From contig NW_026262668.1 in NCBI RefSeq assembly GCF_021869535.1, positions 5,456,001-5,520,000 on the forward strand: a stretch of DNA of 64,000 nucleotides, in the 5' to 3' direction. The stretch is from Mytilus californianus (Eukaryota). Shown here in pieces: positions 35,938-48,625 of this stretch. The notes below the pieces were generated by a model. The model was not told where the DNA came from, ran no database searches, and saw only the letters and a program-made list of their open reading frames with translations. The translations under genes were made by a program, and so were the position numbers. How positions within the stretch are numbered: position 1 is the stretch's first letter; each line of letters starts with the position of its first letter.

Positions 35938-36723
35938 TGGCGTCGTCCGGCGTCGTCCGAAGACACATTGGTTTTCGCACTCTAACTTTAGTTTAAGTGA
36001 ATGGATCTCCATGAAATTTTACCATAAGGTTCAATACCACGAAAGGAAGGTGGGGATTGATTTTGGGGGTTATGGTACCAACAGTTAAGGAATTAGGGGC
36101 CAAAAAGGGGCCAAAAATAAGCATTTTTGTAACTTCCAGACAATAACTTGTGTGTAAGTGTATGGATCTCTCTGACATTGTACCACAAGGTTCCATATCA
36201 CAAAGGGAAGGCTGTAATTGATTTTGGGGGTAATTGCCTCAAAATTTTAGGAATTAGGGGCCAAAAAAGGGGCAAAAAACAAGCATTTTTCTAGTTTCAT
36301 GACAATAACTTGTGTGTAAGTGTTTGGATATTTCTGAAATTGTACTACAAGGTTCCATATCACAAAGGGAAAGCTGGAATTGAGTTTGGGGGTAATTGCC
36401 CGAAACGTTTAGGAATTGGGGGCCAAAAAGGGGCCAAAAATAAGCATTTTTCTAGTTTCCAGACAATAACTTGTGTTCAAGTGTATGGATCTCTCTGAAA
36501 TTGTACTGCAAGGTACCATACCACAAAGGGAAGGCTGGGATTGAGTTTGGGGGTGATGAATCATAAGTGGGTTCAAAAAGTTTGGGGGGGGGGGGGGGAT
36601 TTTTTTTTTCTTTTAAAATTTTCCATTTTAAGTTGGTTATTTCTGATTAATATTTAAAAGCAAATAATAATGATATGGTAGGAGATACACACCAAACAGG
36701 ATGTGTAAATTATTATATAATAA

Positions 36724-36980
36724 GTATTGTGCAATAGCAAGAAATTTTCAATTGCACAGTATTGCACAATTGCAAGAAATCTTCAATTGCACAGTATTGC
36801 GCAATAGCAAGAAATCTTCAATTGCACAGTATTGCGCAATAGCAAGAAATCTTCAATTGCACAGTATTGCGCAATAGCAAGAAATATCCAATAGCACAAT
36901 ATTGCGCAATAGCAAGAAATTGTCAATTGTACAGTATTGCACAATAGCAAGAAATATTCAATTGCACAGTATTGTGCAAA
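36724..36980. repeat. 35-bp minisatellite, about 7 copies, containing the palindrome TATTGCGCAATA
   Basis: Period measured 36781 to 36816. Confidence 0.9.
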
Positions 36981-37029
36981 AGAAGATACTTCGTATAAAT
37001 TGCTTATTTCTTGATCAATTTCAATGGGG

Positions 37030-40000
37030 TTTTATTCTTGAATTCTTGGGGTTCTTTAATATGCTGAATCTAACCGTGTATTAAGTTTTTTGATTTTGGG
37101 CCCCGTTTTTAAATTGGTCCACATTGAGGTCCAAAGGGTCCAAAATTTAACTTTGTTTGATTTCATCAAAAATTGAATTATTGGGATTCTTTGATATGCC
37201 GAATCTAACCGTGTATTTAGATTCTTAATTTTTGGTTCCGTTTTCAAATTGGTCTACATTAAGGTCAAAAGGGTTTAAAATTAAACTTAGTTTGATTTTA
37301 ACAAAAATTGAATTTTTAGGGTACTTTGATATGCTGAATCTAAACATGTATTTAGATTTTTGATTATGGGCCCAGTTTTCAAGTTGGTCCAAATCGGGGT
37401 CCAAAATTAAACTTTGTTTGATTTCAACAAAAATTGAATATATGGGGTTCTTTGATATGCTGAATCTAACCATGTATTTAGATTTTTGATTTTTGGGCCC
37501 CGTTATCAACTTTGTCCACATTGAGGTCAAAAGGGTCCAAAATTAAACTTTGTTTGATTTCATCAAAAATTGAATTCTTGGGGTTCTTTGATATGCTGAA
37601 TCTAACCATGTATTTAGATTTTTTATTTGTGGACCCGCTATCAAATTGGTTCATATTGAGGTCAAAAGGGTCCAAAATTAAACTTTGTTTGATTTCATCA
37701 AAAATTGAATTATTGGGGTTCTTTGATATGCCAAATCTAACCGTGTATTGAGATTTTTAATTTTGGGTCCCGTTTTTTAAATTGGTCTACATTAAGGTCC
37801 AAAGGGTCCAAAATTAAACTTAGTTTGATTTTAACAAAAATTGAATTCTTGGGGTTCTTTGATATGCTGAATCTAAACATGTGTTTAGATTTTTGATTAT
37901 GGGCCCAGTTTTCAAGTTGGTCCAAGTTGGGGTCCAAAATTAAACTTTGTTTGATTTCAACAAAAATTGAATATATGGGGTTCTTTGATATGCTGAATCT
38001 AAACATGTATTTAGATTTTAGATTTTTGGCCCAGTTTTCAAGTTGGTCCAAATTGGGGTCCAAAATTAAACTTTGTTTGATTTCAACAAAAACTGAATAT
38101 ATGGGGTTCTTTGATATGCTGAATCTTACCATGTATTTAGATTTTTTATTTGTAGGCCCGCTATCAAATTGGTTCATATTGAGGTCAAAAGGGTCCAAAA
38201 TTAAACTTTGTTTGATTTCATCAAAAATTTAATTATTGGGGTTCTTTGATATGCCAAATCTAACCGTGTATTTAGATTTTTAATTTTGGGTCCCGTTTTT
38301 TAAATTGGTCTACATTAAGGTCCAAAGGGTCCAAAATTAAACTTAGTTTGATTTTAACAAAAATTGAATTTTTGGGGTTCTTTGATATGCTGAATCTAAA
38401 CATGTGTTTAGATTTTTGATTATGGGACCAGTTTTCAAGTTGGTCCAAGTTGGGGTCCAAAATTAAACTTTGTTTGATTTCAACAAAAATTGAATATATG
38501 GGGTTCTTTGATATGCTGAATCTAAACATGTATTTAGATTTTAGATTTTTGGCCCAGTTTTCAAGTTGGTCCAAATTGGGGTCCAAAATTAAACTTTGTT
38601 TGATTTCAACAAAAATTGAATATATGGGGTTCTTTGATATGCTGAATCTTACCATGTATTTAGATTTTTTATTTTGTGGGCCTGCTATCAAATTGGTTCA
38701 TATTGAGGTCAAAAGGGTCCAAAATTAAACTTTGTTTGATTTCATCAAAAATTGAATTATTGGGGTTCTTTGATATGCCAAATCTAACTGGTTTTTAGAT
38801 TTTTAATTTTGGGTCCCGTTTTTTAAATTGGTCTACATTAAGGTCCAAAGGGTCCAAAATTAAACTTAGTTTGATTTTAACAAAAATTGAATTTTTGGGG
38901 TACTTTGATATGCTGAATCTAATCATGTGTTTAGTTTTTTGATTATGGGACCAGTTTTCAAGTTTGTCCAAGTTGGGGTCCAAAATTAAACTTTGTTTGA
39001 TTTCAACAAAAATTGAATATATGGGGTTCTTTGATATGCTGAATCTAACCATGTATTTTGATTTTGGACATTGGACCATAATAGGTAAATTAAAAAAATT
39101 GAAGTTCTTAGACCACATTCTTTCTGTGTCAGAAACCTATGCTGTGTCAAATATTTAATCACAATCCAAATTCAGAGCTGTATCAAGCTTGAATGTTGTG
39201 TCCATACTTGCCCCAACTGTTCAGGGTTCGACCTCTGCGGTCGTATCAAGCTGCGCCCAGCGAAGCATTTTATTTAAATTTGTCTACATTAAGGTCCAAA
39301 GGGTCCAAAATTAAACTTAGTTTGATTTTAACAAGAATTGAATTCTTGGGGTTCTTTGATATGCTGAATCTAAACATGTGTCTAGATTTTTGATTATGGG
39401 CCCAGTTTTCAAGTTGGTCCAAAATTAAACTTTGTTTGATTTCAACAAAAATTGAATATATGAGGTTCTTTGATATGCTGAATCTAACCATGTATTTAGA
39501 TTTTTGATTATGGGCCCAGTTTTCAAGTTGGTCCAAATTGGGGTCCAAAATTAAACTTTGTTTGATTTCAACAAAAATTGAATATATGAGGTTCTTTGAT
39601 ATGCTGAATCTAACCATGTATTTAGATTTTTTATTTGTGGGCCCCGCTATCAAATTGGTTCATATTGAGGTCAAAAGGGTCCAAAATTAAACTTTGTTTG
39701 ATTTCATCAAAAATTGAATTATTGGGGTTCTTTGATATGCCAAATCTAACCGTGTTTTTAGATTTTTAATTTGGGTCCCGTTTTTTAAATTGGTCTTCAT
39801 TGAGGTCCAAAGGGTCCAAAATTAAACTTAGTTTGATTTTAACAAAAATTGAATTCTTGGGGTTCTTTGATATGCTTAATCTAAACATGTGTTTAGATTT
39901 TTGATTATGGGCCCAGTTTTCAAGTTGGACTAAGTTGGGGTCCAAAATTAAACTTTGTTTTGATTTCAACAAAAATTGAATATATGGGAATCTTTTTTAT

Positions 40001-40420
40001 GCTGAGTATAACCATGAATTTAGATTTTTTATTTGTGGGCCCCGCTATCAAATTGGTTCATATTGAGGTCAAAAGGGTCCAAAATTAAACTTTGTTTGAT
40101 TTCATCAAAAATTGAATTATTGGGGTTCTTTGATATTCCAAATCTAACCGTGTATTTAGATTTTTAATTTCAAGTCCCGTTTTTTAAATTGGTCTACATT
40201 AAGGTCCAAAGGGTCCAAAATTAAACTTAGTTTGATTTTAGCAAAAATTGAATTCTTGGGGTTCTTTGATATGCTGAATCTAAACATGTGTTTAGATTTT
40301 TGATTATGGGCCCAGTTTTCAAGTTTGTCCAAGTTGGGGTCCAAAATTAAACTTTGTTTGATTTTAACAAAAATTGAATATATGGGGTTCTTTGATATGC
40401 TGAATCTTACCATGTATTTT
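37030..40420. repeat. About 130-bp satellite array organised as a 4-mer higher-order repeat of about 523 bp
   Basis: The variant gggtcccgtttt recurs at 37765, 38288 and 38811. Confidence 0.8.
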
Positions 40421-43340
40421 GATTTTGGACATTGGACCATAATAGGTAAATTAAAAAAATTCAAGTTCTTAGACCACATTCTTTCTGTGTCAGAAACCTA
40501 TGCTGTGTCAAATATTTAATAACAATCCAAATTCAGAGCTGTATCAAGCTTGAATGTTGTGTCCATACTTGCCCCAACTGTTCAGGGTTCGACCTCTGCG
40601 GTCGTATCAAGCTGCGCCCCAGCGAAGCATTTTATTGTAACTTCCAGACATAACTTGTGTGTTAGTGTATGGATCTCTCTGACATTGTACCACAAGGTTC
40701 CATATCACACAGGGAATGCTGGGATTAATTTGGGGGTAATTGCCTCAAAATATTAGGAATTAGGGGCCAAAAAAGGGGCAAAAAACAAGCATTTTTTTAG
40801 TTTCAAGATAATAACTTGTGTGTAAGTGTATGGATCTTTCTGAAATTGTACTACAAGGTTCCATATCACAAAGGGAAAGCTGGAATTGAGTTTGGGGGTA
40901 ATTGCCCAAAACGTTTAGGAATTAAGGGCCAAAAAGGGGCCAAAAATAAGCATTTTTCTAGTTTCCAGACAATAACTTGTGTTCAAGTGTATGGATCTCT
41001 CTGAAATTGTACCACAAGGTTCCATATCACACAGGGAATGCTGGGATTGATTTTGGGGGTAATTGCCTCAAAATATTAGGAATTAGGGGCCCAAAAAGGG
41101 GCAAAAAACAAGCATTTTTCTAGTTTCAAGATAATAACTTGTGTGTAAGTGTATGGATCTTTCTGAAATTGTACTACAAGGTTCCATTTTTTTCCAAGTT
41201 TTTGGATTTTGGGCCCCGTTTTTAAATTGGTGCAAAGGGTCCAAAATTAAACTTTGTTTGATTTCATCAAAAATTGAATTATTGGGGTTCTTTGATATGC
41301 CGAATCTAACCGTGTATTTAGATTCTTAATTTTTGGTTCTGTTTTCAAATTGGTCTACATTAAAGTGAAAGGGTAGTTTGTCCTTCACAGAAATTTTTAT
41401 ACACCCTCCTCCCAATCCTCAGGTGAGCAACAAAGTGATAGGGTAGTTTGTTCTTCACTCACTGTTCATATGATGTTCTTTTGCACCTCATATTAATCTT
41501 CATCTGAATGATTTGAGAGTTTATTTTGACATTACATATCAGTGCTCTACTGTTTACATATATGTACCATTTCTTCTTAATGAAACTTTCTCAGAATTTT
41601 CACTATGTAATGCCATTGCAACTTGTACATGTACTATTTGATATTTAGATGCAAAAACTTTTTTTGGTTTCCCTTTGTAATTGATTGACTTTGATAGGGT
41701 ATCATTTTTTATGTCTTACATGCACATGTCTTTAGTTATCTTTTTAAGTCATGGTGTCTATGTTTCTTCGTAAAAAAGTTATTATGAGCATTGTATTAAA
41801 CATTGATAAATAACAATGTAAGTCCTATTAAGGTCAAATCAACCCTGTGACCTTGGGGGATTTTCGTGTGACCTTGTGACCAGACATCTCATTTAAAGGG
41901 ACCTGTGACTTTTATAATGTTCAAAACTAAGAATATGATCAGATAAGAACTGTATAGTTTGTTTGAAAGTAGCCTGTGATCTGAGGCAAATTTAAAATGT
42001 GACTTTGTGACTTATGGCATGTATGGGGTTCCCTACTAGAGATAGAATAATTGTTTTATACATTTCTTTTTGGAACGAAGTATGCTATGATATTAGTTAT
42101 GACACTGACAGTTTGAATGTCCCATACTAGTAAAAGATCCAATGATTAGCAATAAAAATCAGTCACCTTTCTCTTGTTTCTGTTAAAATTAGAAAAAATA
42201 TTGTGAAAATTTAATTAAAAATGTTAAACATTAGAAATAGAGAAATCAATAAGTATCAGTGTGATATTGCCTCACACTGGCTCTTTATTATCAAATAAAT
42301 ACTATTTCATCACCATGGTTGACTGATTTAGGAAATGGATCTTATAATAAAGTTATATTCACAATTTGTCTGACAGACACATTGATTTAATGTTAATTAA
42401 GGTTAAATGCCTTCTAGCCCTTTTTTTCCTGTGTGTTATTATTACGATTTCATTTTCATTGCACATGGGACAGATGGGAAAGATACTTGCTCGCTTTATT
42501 GTACTTGTTCTTGCTTGCGTTTGTAATTAAAAACATCAGATATTGATCCAGTACAAAAAACTAAACATTGAAATATTGTGTCTGTTTTTGTTTTGGATCT
42601 AACACTTTGTAATGAAAAAGGTGTTGATTTCATAATCAAAAACATTTCTGCTATTTTTAGAACAATCATGCCAGACAAAAGCTTGATGTTTTTTAGATGA
42701 GTTAAGATGTGGTACTAACTGCTGTAAATGTGAAATTTATTAATTCTCTGATCTTTACTATCTGTGCAGTGGATGGTATGGATTAGTATCTTCTTTTTTA
42801 ATTTATATTTGTTTAAAGTGAATATGTTTTCATTGGTTCTTATTAATTCTTGCCAATAGCATAACTTCAAAAGAGGATTTATATAACATTTTCTACCTGT
42901 TTCTGAAAATATGAACATACAAACATAATACATGTGTTTTGATAATTAAATTGGTGTGTTAACATGGTTAATAAGTGGATATTCCTAGATTGGAAATGAA
43001 GAATTAATAGAAATTTATGAACAGTGTCTGAATAAATAACAGTCGGTTGAAAGAAAAGACAATAACAAAAAACTGTGATATTTTATATCATAACAGATGG
43101 TTGGAAAGCTGAGGCTGAATACAGATTGATTTGTGTGGTGTTTTAGTCCAAAATTAAATGTCAAGGAATAATAAAGTGTAACTTTTTATAACTGACTGTA
43201 TTCATGTTCAGTTGGACATCAGATATTTTACATTTTTGACCAAAGTAATTAAATTTTGACAGACTGATCAGATGTGACATTTATAACTTGGCTTTGAGTA
43301 AATGAGAATGATGTTAAGATAGGAAGAGGTTATATTTAGG

Positions 43341-43373
43341 ATGCCTCCATCTCTGAGAAGGTCACGATCTCAG
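43341..43373 (+). CDS. Unidentified plus-strand gene, first coding exon part (MPPSLRRSRSQ)
   Basis: The exon starts after ttttgacag (about 43263) and ends CAG|GTATGT, phase 0. It splices in frame to 48525. Confidence 0.6.
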
Positions 43374-43935
43374 GTATGTTTTTGTTTGTTATGAAGATCA
43401 TAAGCAATTAACCTTTTTGAACCAATAAAGTGCAGTCTTGTTTGATATATCATGTTAAGGGTACATACTTGTTTTGAACTTTCTCATTTGTTTCTTTTTC
43501 AAAATTTTCATCAGACTTAATATTAAACAGTTTATATCAGGCTATATACATGATATATATATCATCAGTTTATAACAGAATCAATATTTACCAGTATGTA
43601 TATCAGAACAAATTTTCTCAAACTGCAATGGAACTGAGGATACTAGTAGTAGTAGTAGTTCAGTTTTCACGATTAACCACAAGCCCAACGACCCAGGCAA
43701 GTAAAAATGTTGTTTGGCTAATAAAATTTTCCTATATATACAATGTAGTGTACAATTCAACAAAAAATTCATGAATTATGATATATTAGTTTAAAAAGTT
43801 ATATCTTGCTGTTTTGAATAAGACAGTGGTATCAAGCCCGTAGTCAGGATGTCTATGAGGGATGTACATGTTATTTTGGGTCATGATGCTCTGACTTTAA
43901 TAGTCAAACTTCAATCCGAATTATCTTTGAACATA

Positions 43936-44345
43936 TTTATGCCCCCGCAGTAGCGTAGGGGGCATTAAGTTTTACCCTTGTCCGTCTGTACGTACGAACG
44001 AACGAAAGTATGTATGTCCCAAAATTGGTTTCGTTCACTAACTTTAGTTTGCCTCAACCAAATGTTATGAAACCTATACACAATGCTTATTACTACAAAA
44101 CACAGATGAAGTTTGAATTTTGGTGGCATCACTTTTACCGTTCTAGAGTTATGCCCCTTTACAAATGGAAAATTGCTGAATTTATGGTTTCCGTTCTCTA
44201 ACTTTAGTTTGCCCCAACCAAATGTTATGAAACTTATACACAATGCTCATTACCACAAAACACAGTTTGAAATTTGGTGGTGTCACTTTAACCGTTCTAG
44301 AGTTATGCCTCTTTATAAATGGAAAAATTGCAAAATTTTTAACTT
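43936..44345 (+). mobile_element. HINE, 3'-truncated, same family as 62433-63461
   Basis: 5' hairpin atgccccc-gcagtagcgta-gggggcat, a gtcc/gtac microsatellite and repeats of about 150 bp. Confidence 0.75.
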
Positions 44346-45870
44346 CTACTTACACATCTAAATTGAAATTTGTGAAACTTTACACAGTTGAAGAACACTA
44401 CCTGAGAGTGTGCTTAAAGGAACCAAATCCTGTTCTAACTTGATGAAAGAGAGATTATTGAAATTACTTACTTAAATTTAGTAGCACTAGCTATTTAGTT
44501 TTCAATGGCAATAGACTCATTTTGCTCGTTTTCTCACAGTCCAATTCAAATTTGATATTCACTACCTAGCATCATTAATACATTGAACAACAGCTGAAGT
44601 TTTGACAGTTGCAGTTGGTTAAAAATTTAAAACATTAATTTAGAAGTAACTGTAACTGTTGTCATGGTTGTCGCCCATTTACAAAATATGGGACATAAGA
44701 TTCTGTAAAATTCTCATTTTACTGGATGTCTAGCACATTATTATATATATATGTGCCACATATTTTACTGGTTTTTATGACCTTGAAAAACTCTGGTTCA
44801 TGTACATTTTATCATACATGTACATGCATTTGCTGTTTGTGCTTACACATGTTTAATGGGTGTTCTCTCTAGATTATATTCTTTGGGTTATAGATGTTAA
44901 AATGACTTATATAACATACAGCCAGATGTTGATACATAATACTTGGAGCAAAGTGGGGGAGACTTCACTTCATATTTGGTTCATGTTGTTCATGCAACAT
45001 CATTGATGTAATAATGAAAATTTTGTGAAAACATATGTTATCTAATATATCTATGTAATATTTCCTGAACATCAGAGAACTTCATCATTGGAAAGATAAG
45101 TATTATACTTGATACAAGTACCTACTTATACCACATTCAAATCTAATGATTAATATATATTCTAATAAATACACACAATGTGCCTAAGGGTTTTTGTATT
45201 TTTCCATATTGAGGGAGCTTATATTAGCACCTGTCAGAACGGAAACAAAGTTTCGATCATAAGCTCTATGATCAGTAGCAGAAATTCCTCATCCAACACT
45301 ACATTTTTTTCTAATGCATAGATAGTGTTACTTTGTTTTAGGTTTCAGCTCTATCATCATCATGATTAATTCTTTCAAAAAAACATTTTTTTTTTTAGTT
45401 GGTTTTTAAAAAAATGTACATTTTGATTCAACTTAAAATAATTGCAGAAATAATTCAACAATATTTTATGATATTAATTATCTGCATTTTTGTTTGTTCG
45501 GAGCCAGTGTTCTATACATGTAGTTAATGGTCAAATTGGAAAGAAATATTATTTTGTTGTACCAAAATTAGTTTGGTGCATTTATTAGGGTAAATAAGAT
45601 ACTTGTTTCAATATTAAATATACAATGATCATTATGATGATTTTTTTTTTTTATTTAGATTGAGGTAAGATTGTATGATTTATTTTCTGTTTTAATCATG
45701 GATGTGGGTGTCTGCTTTAATAATCAAGTTCCAACTTAAAGTGATGTATACTATATACATGTAACAAAATGTAGGTGCAAATATGTCTGTTTTATAAAAG
45801 AGTTCAGTCTTCTGATGATCATAAAGATGATAAATTAGGTAATGTGTTTTGGTACATTAAAGATTTGTTA

Positions 45871-46079
45871 CTGTGGATTCATTATTATTCATAGGATACC
45901 AATGTTCGTGGGTTTCGTGGGTACAAGTAAACCACAAATTCAAATGTTCAACGAATTACAAATTTTTCATAGGCTTTGTATGCAGAGCTTGGTAAAACCA
46001 CGAAATCAAATATCCTCGAAAATGCAAGTTTTCCTCAATCCACGAAAATTTATACCCACGAAAATAAATGAATCCACAG
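45871..46079. mobile_element. 209-bp MITE with TA target duplication (Tc1/mariner-like)
   Basis: TA|CTGTGGATTCATT ... AATGAATCCACAG|TA. Confidence 0.8.
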
Positions 46080-48524
46080 TATTTCTGGATTTTTGAAACT
46101 AAATTCACTTTTATATATATACAATATACTGGCCAAAGTTGAAACACGCCTGGAGGGGGGATGTGAATTTTAATAGTTTACTATTCTATTTACCCCACAA
46201 GACTTGGAACATTGACAATAGATCTAGAAGATCTGATTAGAAAGATTTACATAATGTCTTATTGCAATGTGAAGTTTGCAAATATTACACTGTTCGGTCC
46301 TATTCTTAATAACAGGCACAAGTAATTTGGTTCTGTTTTTATGAAATCTATTTTGAGTTGTGATGAAGAGGTCCTTGTACAAAATTTGTCATTAAGTTTT
46401 TATGTTTTTATATTCAAAAGAGTGCAGTGTTTATTGCCCATTACTATAATCATTTGTTGTATGAGTGAAAACTGGGTGATGCTTCCATCAACATATATTA
46501 TTCAAATCCATCTAAAGTAATGCATGTGTTACTTTGTTGGTCAGTGTGACAAGGTTAGAACTTAAAACCTCCTACGTGTACTGTTTAGATCATGTATGAT
46601 ACATGTACAATGTATGTATCATTGTATGAACCACACATATACAATTATTAATAATAATTACTTTATGACAAGAACCCACAGGAGAATTATTTGTATTACT
46701 TATAAATTAGTTCTTGCTCATTTCTTAGATGCATAAATGAAACAATACAGCAGCTTAAATATATCATAATGAAAGCAAACAAAAATATCTTTAAACCCCC
46801 TTCCCGGGAGGCACCTCAAATGAAAAAAGACACATTTCTATAAGACACTGATCTTCAGCATTCCACATTTTAAAACATAGTCCTCAGAACAGATAAAGAT
46901 TAAGTGTATAACATATACATGTATAATATATATATAATGAACAATCATAAGATAGAAAGTATGTACAATGTACTATAGATAAAGAAGATGGAAAGAAATG
47001 CCTGATATTTTACAGAATCCTTAGCTATAAATTTTGGTACATTTCCAGAAATAAAGATTTAATGTATATTTCAGACCAGGCAATTATAGATCTGATGTTG
47101 TTTTGATCCTGCAGTGGAAATGTCAAATTATATATCCTGCTGTGAATGTCCATTTCATAGATTGATTTAATATTGACATATAGAAATAATAATATAATTC
47201 TAACTGAGAAACAATTTGCTTTATTGCAGATTAAATTTTTAGTGCTATATTGCTCTAACTATGAATATATTATAGACAATGAAACGACAAGAGTTATTTC
47301 AGACAAAGGTCATATATTTGAAATAATAATAATAATAATAAGGAAACAGATAAGACAGATAAACAATACATTTTGTGTAGATGATTTTTATTTTAATCTT
47401 GATCATTCAGAAGATTGCTTATGTTGTTTGTGTAAATATGGTATGTACATAATGTAGAATTTACATTTTTAATGTTAATGAAATTTTATGTACATGTATG
47501 TAATTGAAAATGTAAAATAGACGAAGACAAAAAATTACATACATATGCAGTTATGCCTTATGGTATGTACATCATGTACAAAATGTAAAAGTTACATTCA
47601 AAGATGTTTTGAGTACATGCATGTATGTTATTGAAAATTTTTAATAAATGAACATAGTTTAACTAAATGTTAATGAAATGTGTATGTAGACAATTGTAAA
47701 AAAATAAAATGTTAGTTACAGATGAAAGATAAACTAAAATTAACTCTCTCAAAAACAATTAATAAGTATTGTTAACTTAAAAAATGATAGTTAAAGGATA
47801 ACAAAAGAAAAAGGATTTTTCTCCTTGAGTAGTTCGATGATTGAAACACTGATTAAAATAACTAGGATAGAATGGCTTCTTCTTTGAGCTTGGATAATAT
47901 TGATAAATTGTTATCAAGAAGCCAGTTTGTTTACATGGCAATTAACAGATCAATTGAAGTTTTATGTAGATGTGTGATTTGTAGATTAAAATATTAAAAA
48001 GGTGTGAGGTGTGACAGGATGCTATATAAGTATACAAATGTGTATACATGTATATCTAAGGGGAAGTACATGTACATGCTGAATATTAAACAGATTTAGA
48101 AATTATTACAACTCTATTGAACACCCTCATGAAGTCTAAGGTAAAATTGGGTAAAAGTTTTTCATTTGAAATGTGACGAAACCTGTGTAAAAACTGGATT
48201 CTGTATATAATGATTGTAATTATATTGAATGTAACTTATATATAAAGTTGTATGAAACTGATTATTTTATGAATGTTCTATTTATGATGAAAATAGAAGT
48301 TATGATGATACCTTTTTGATACAAATCCGTAAGAATTGATTGAAATATATATTGAATTTAGATTGGCAATGTCTTGTTCAGCATGTTCAGTCATTAATTA
48401 AAAATGAGTTATTTGTTAACTGTAAATGTTTACAGATTACATGATAAGCAGTTATGAGATGTGAAATACAAAAAATATAATCACATTACAAAATTATATC
48501 TTTACAAAACACTTTATTTTTCAG

Positions 48525-48625
48525 AGTGTAAAGAGAAATGCATCATTTACAGATGGTGTGAGCTGGCTACAGATCAAACATGAAGGGTTCATAAGAAGAT
48601 TGTCAGATTCCTTCTATCCTTTAAG
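48525..48625 (+). CDS. Unidentified plus-strand gene, internal exon (SVKRNASFTDGVSWLQIKHEGFIRRLSDSFYPLR)
   Basis: Acceptor tttatttttcag and donor AAG|GTAGGC; open frame, 101 bp, phase 0 to 2. Confidence 0.7.

Larger units (their letters stand above)
34063..41365 (+). mobile_element. Triple self-nested HINE (non-autonomous Helentron) complex with internal satellite arrays
   Basis: Three 5' ends (hairpin tatacgaccgc-aaaa..ttt-gcggtcgtata plus (GTC)n) at about 34063, 34286 and 35826. Two 3' ends (gcggtcgtatcaagctgcgcccagcgaagc) at about 39273 and 40636. Internal arrays of about 150 bp and about 130 bp. Confidence 0.85.

Noticed and set aside
34258-41329. Many 60-150 aa ORFs, including poly-D/poly-S ORFs
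   Set aside because: They are translations of (GTC)n and satellite units inside HINEs and have no protein features.
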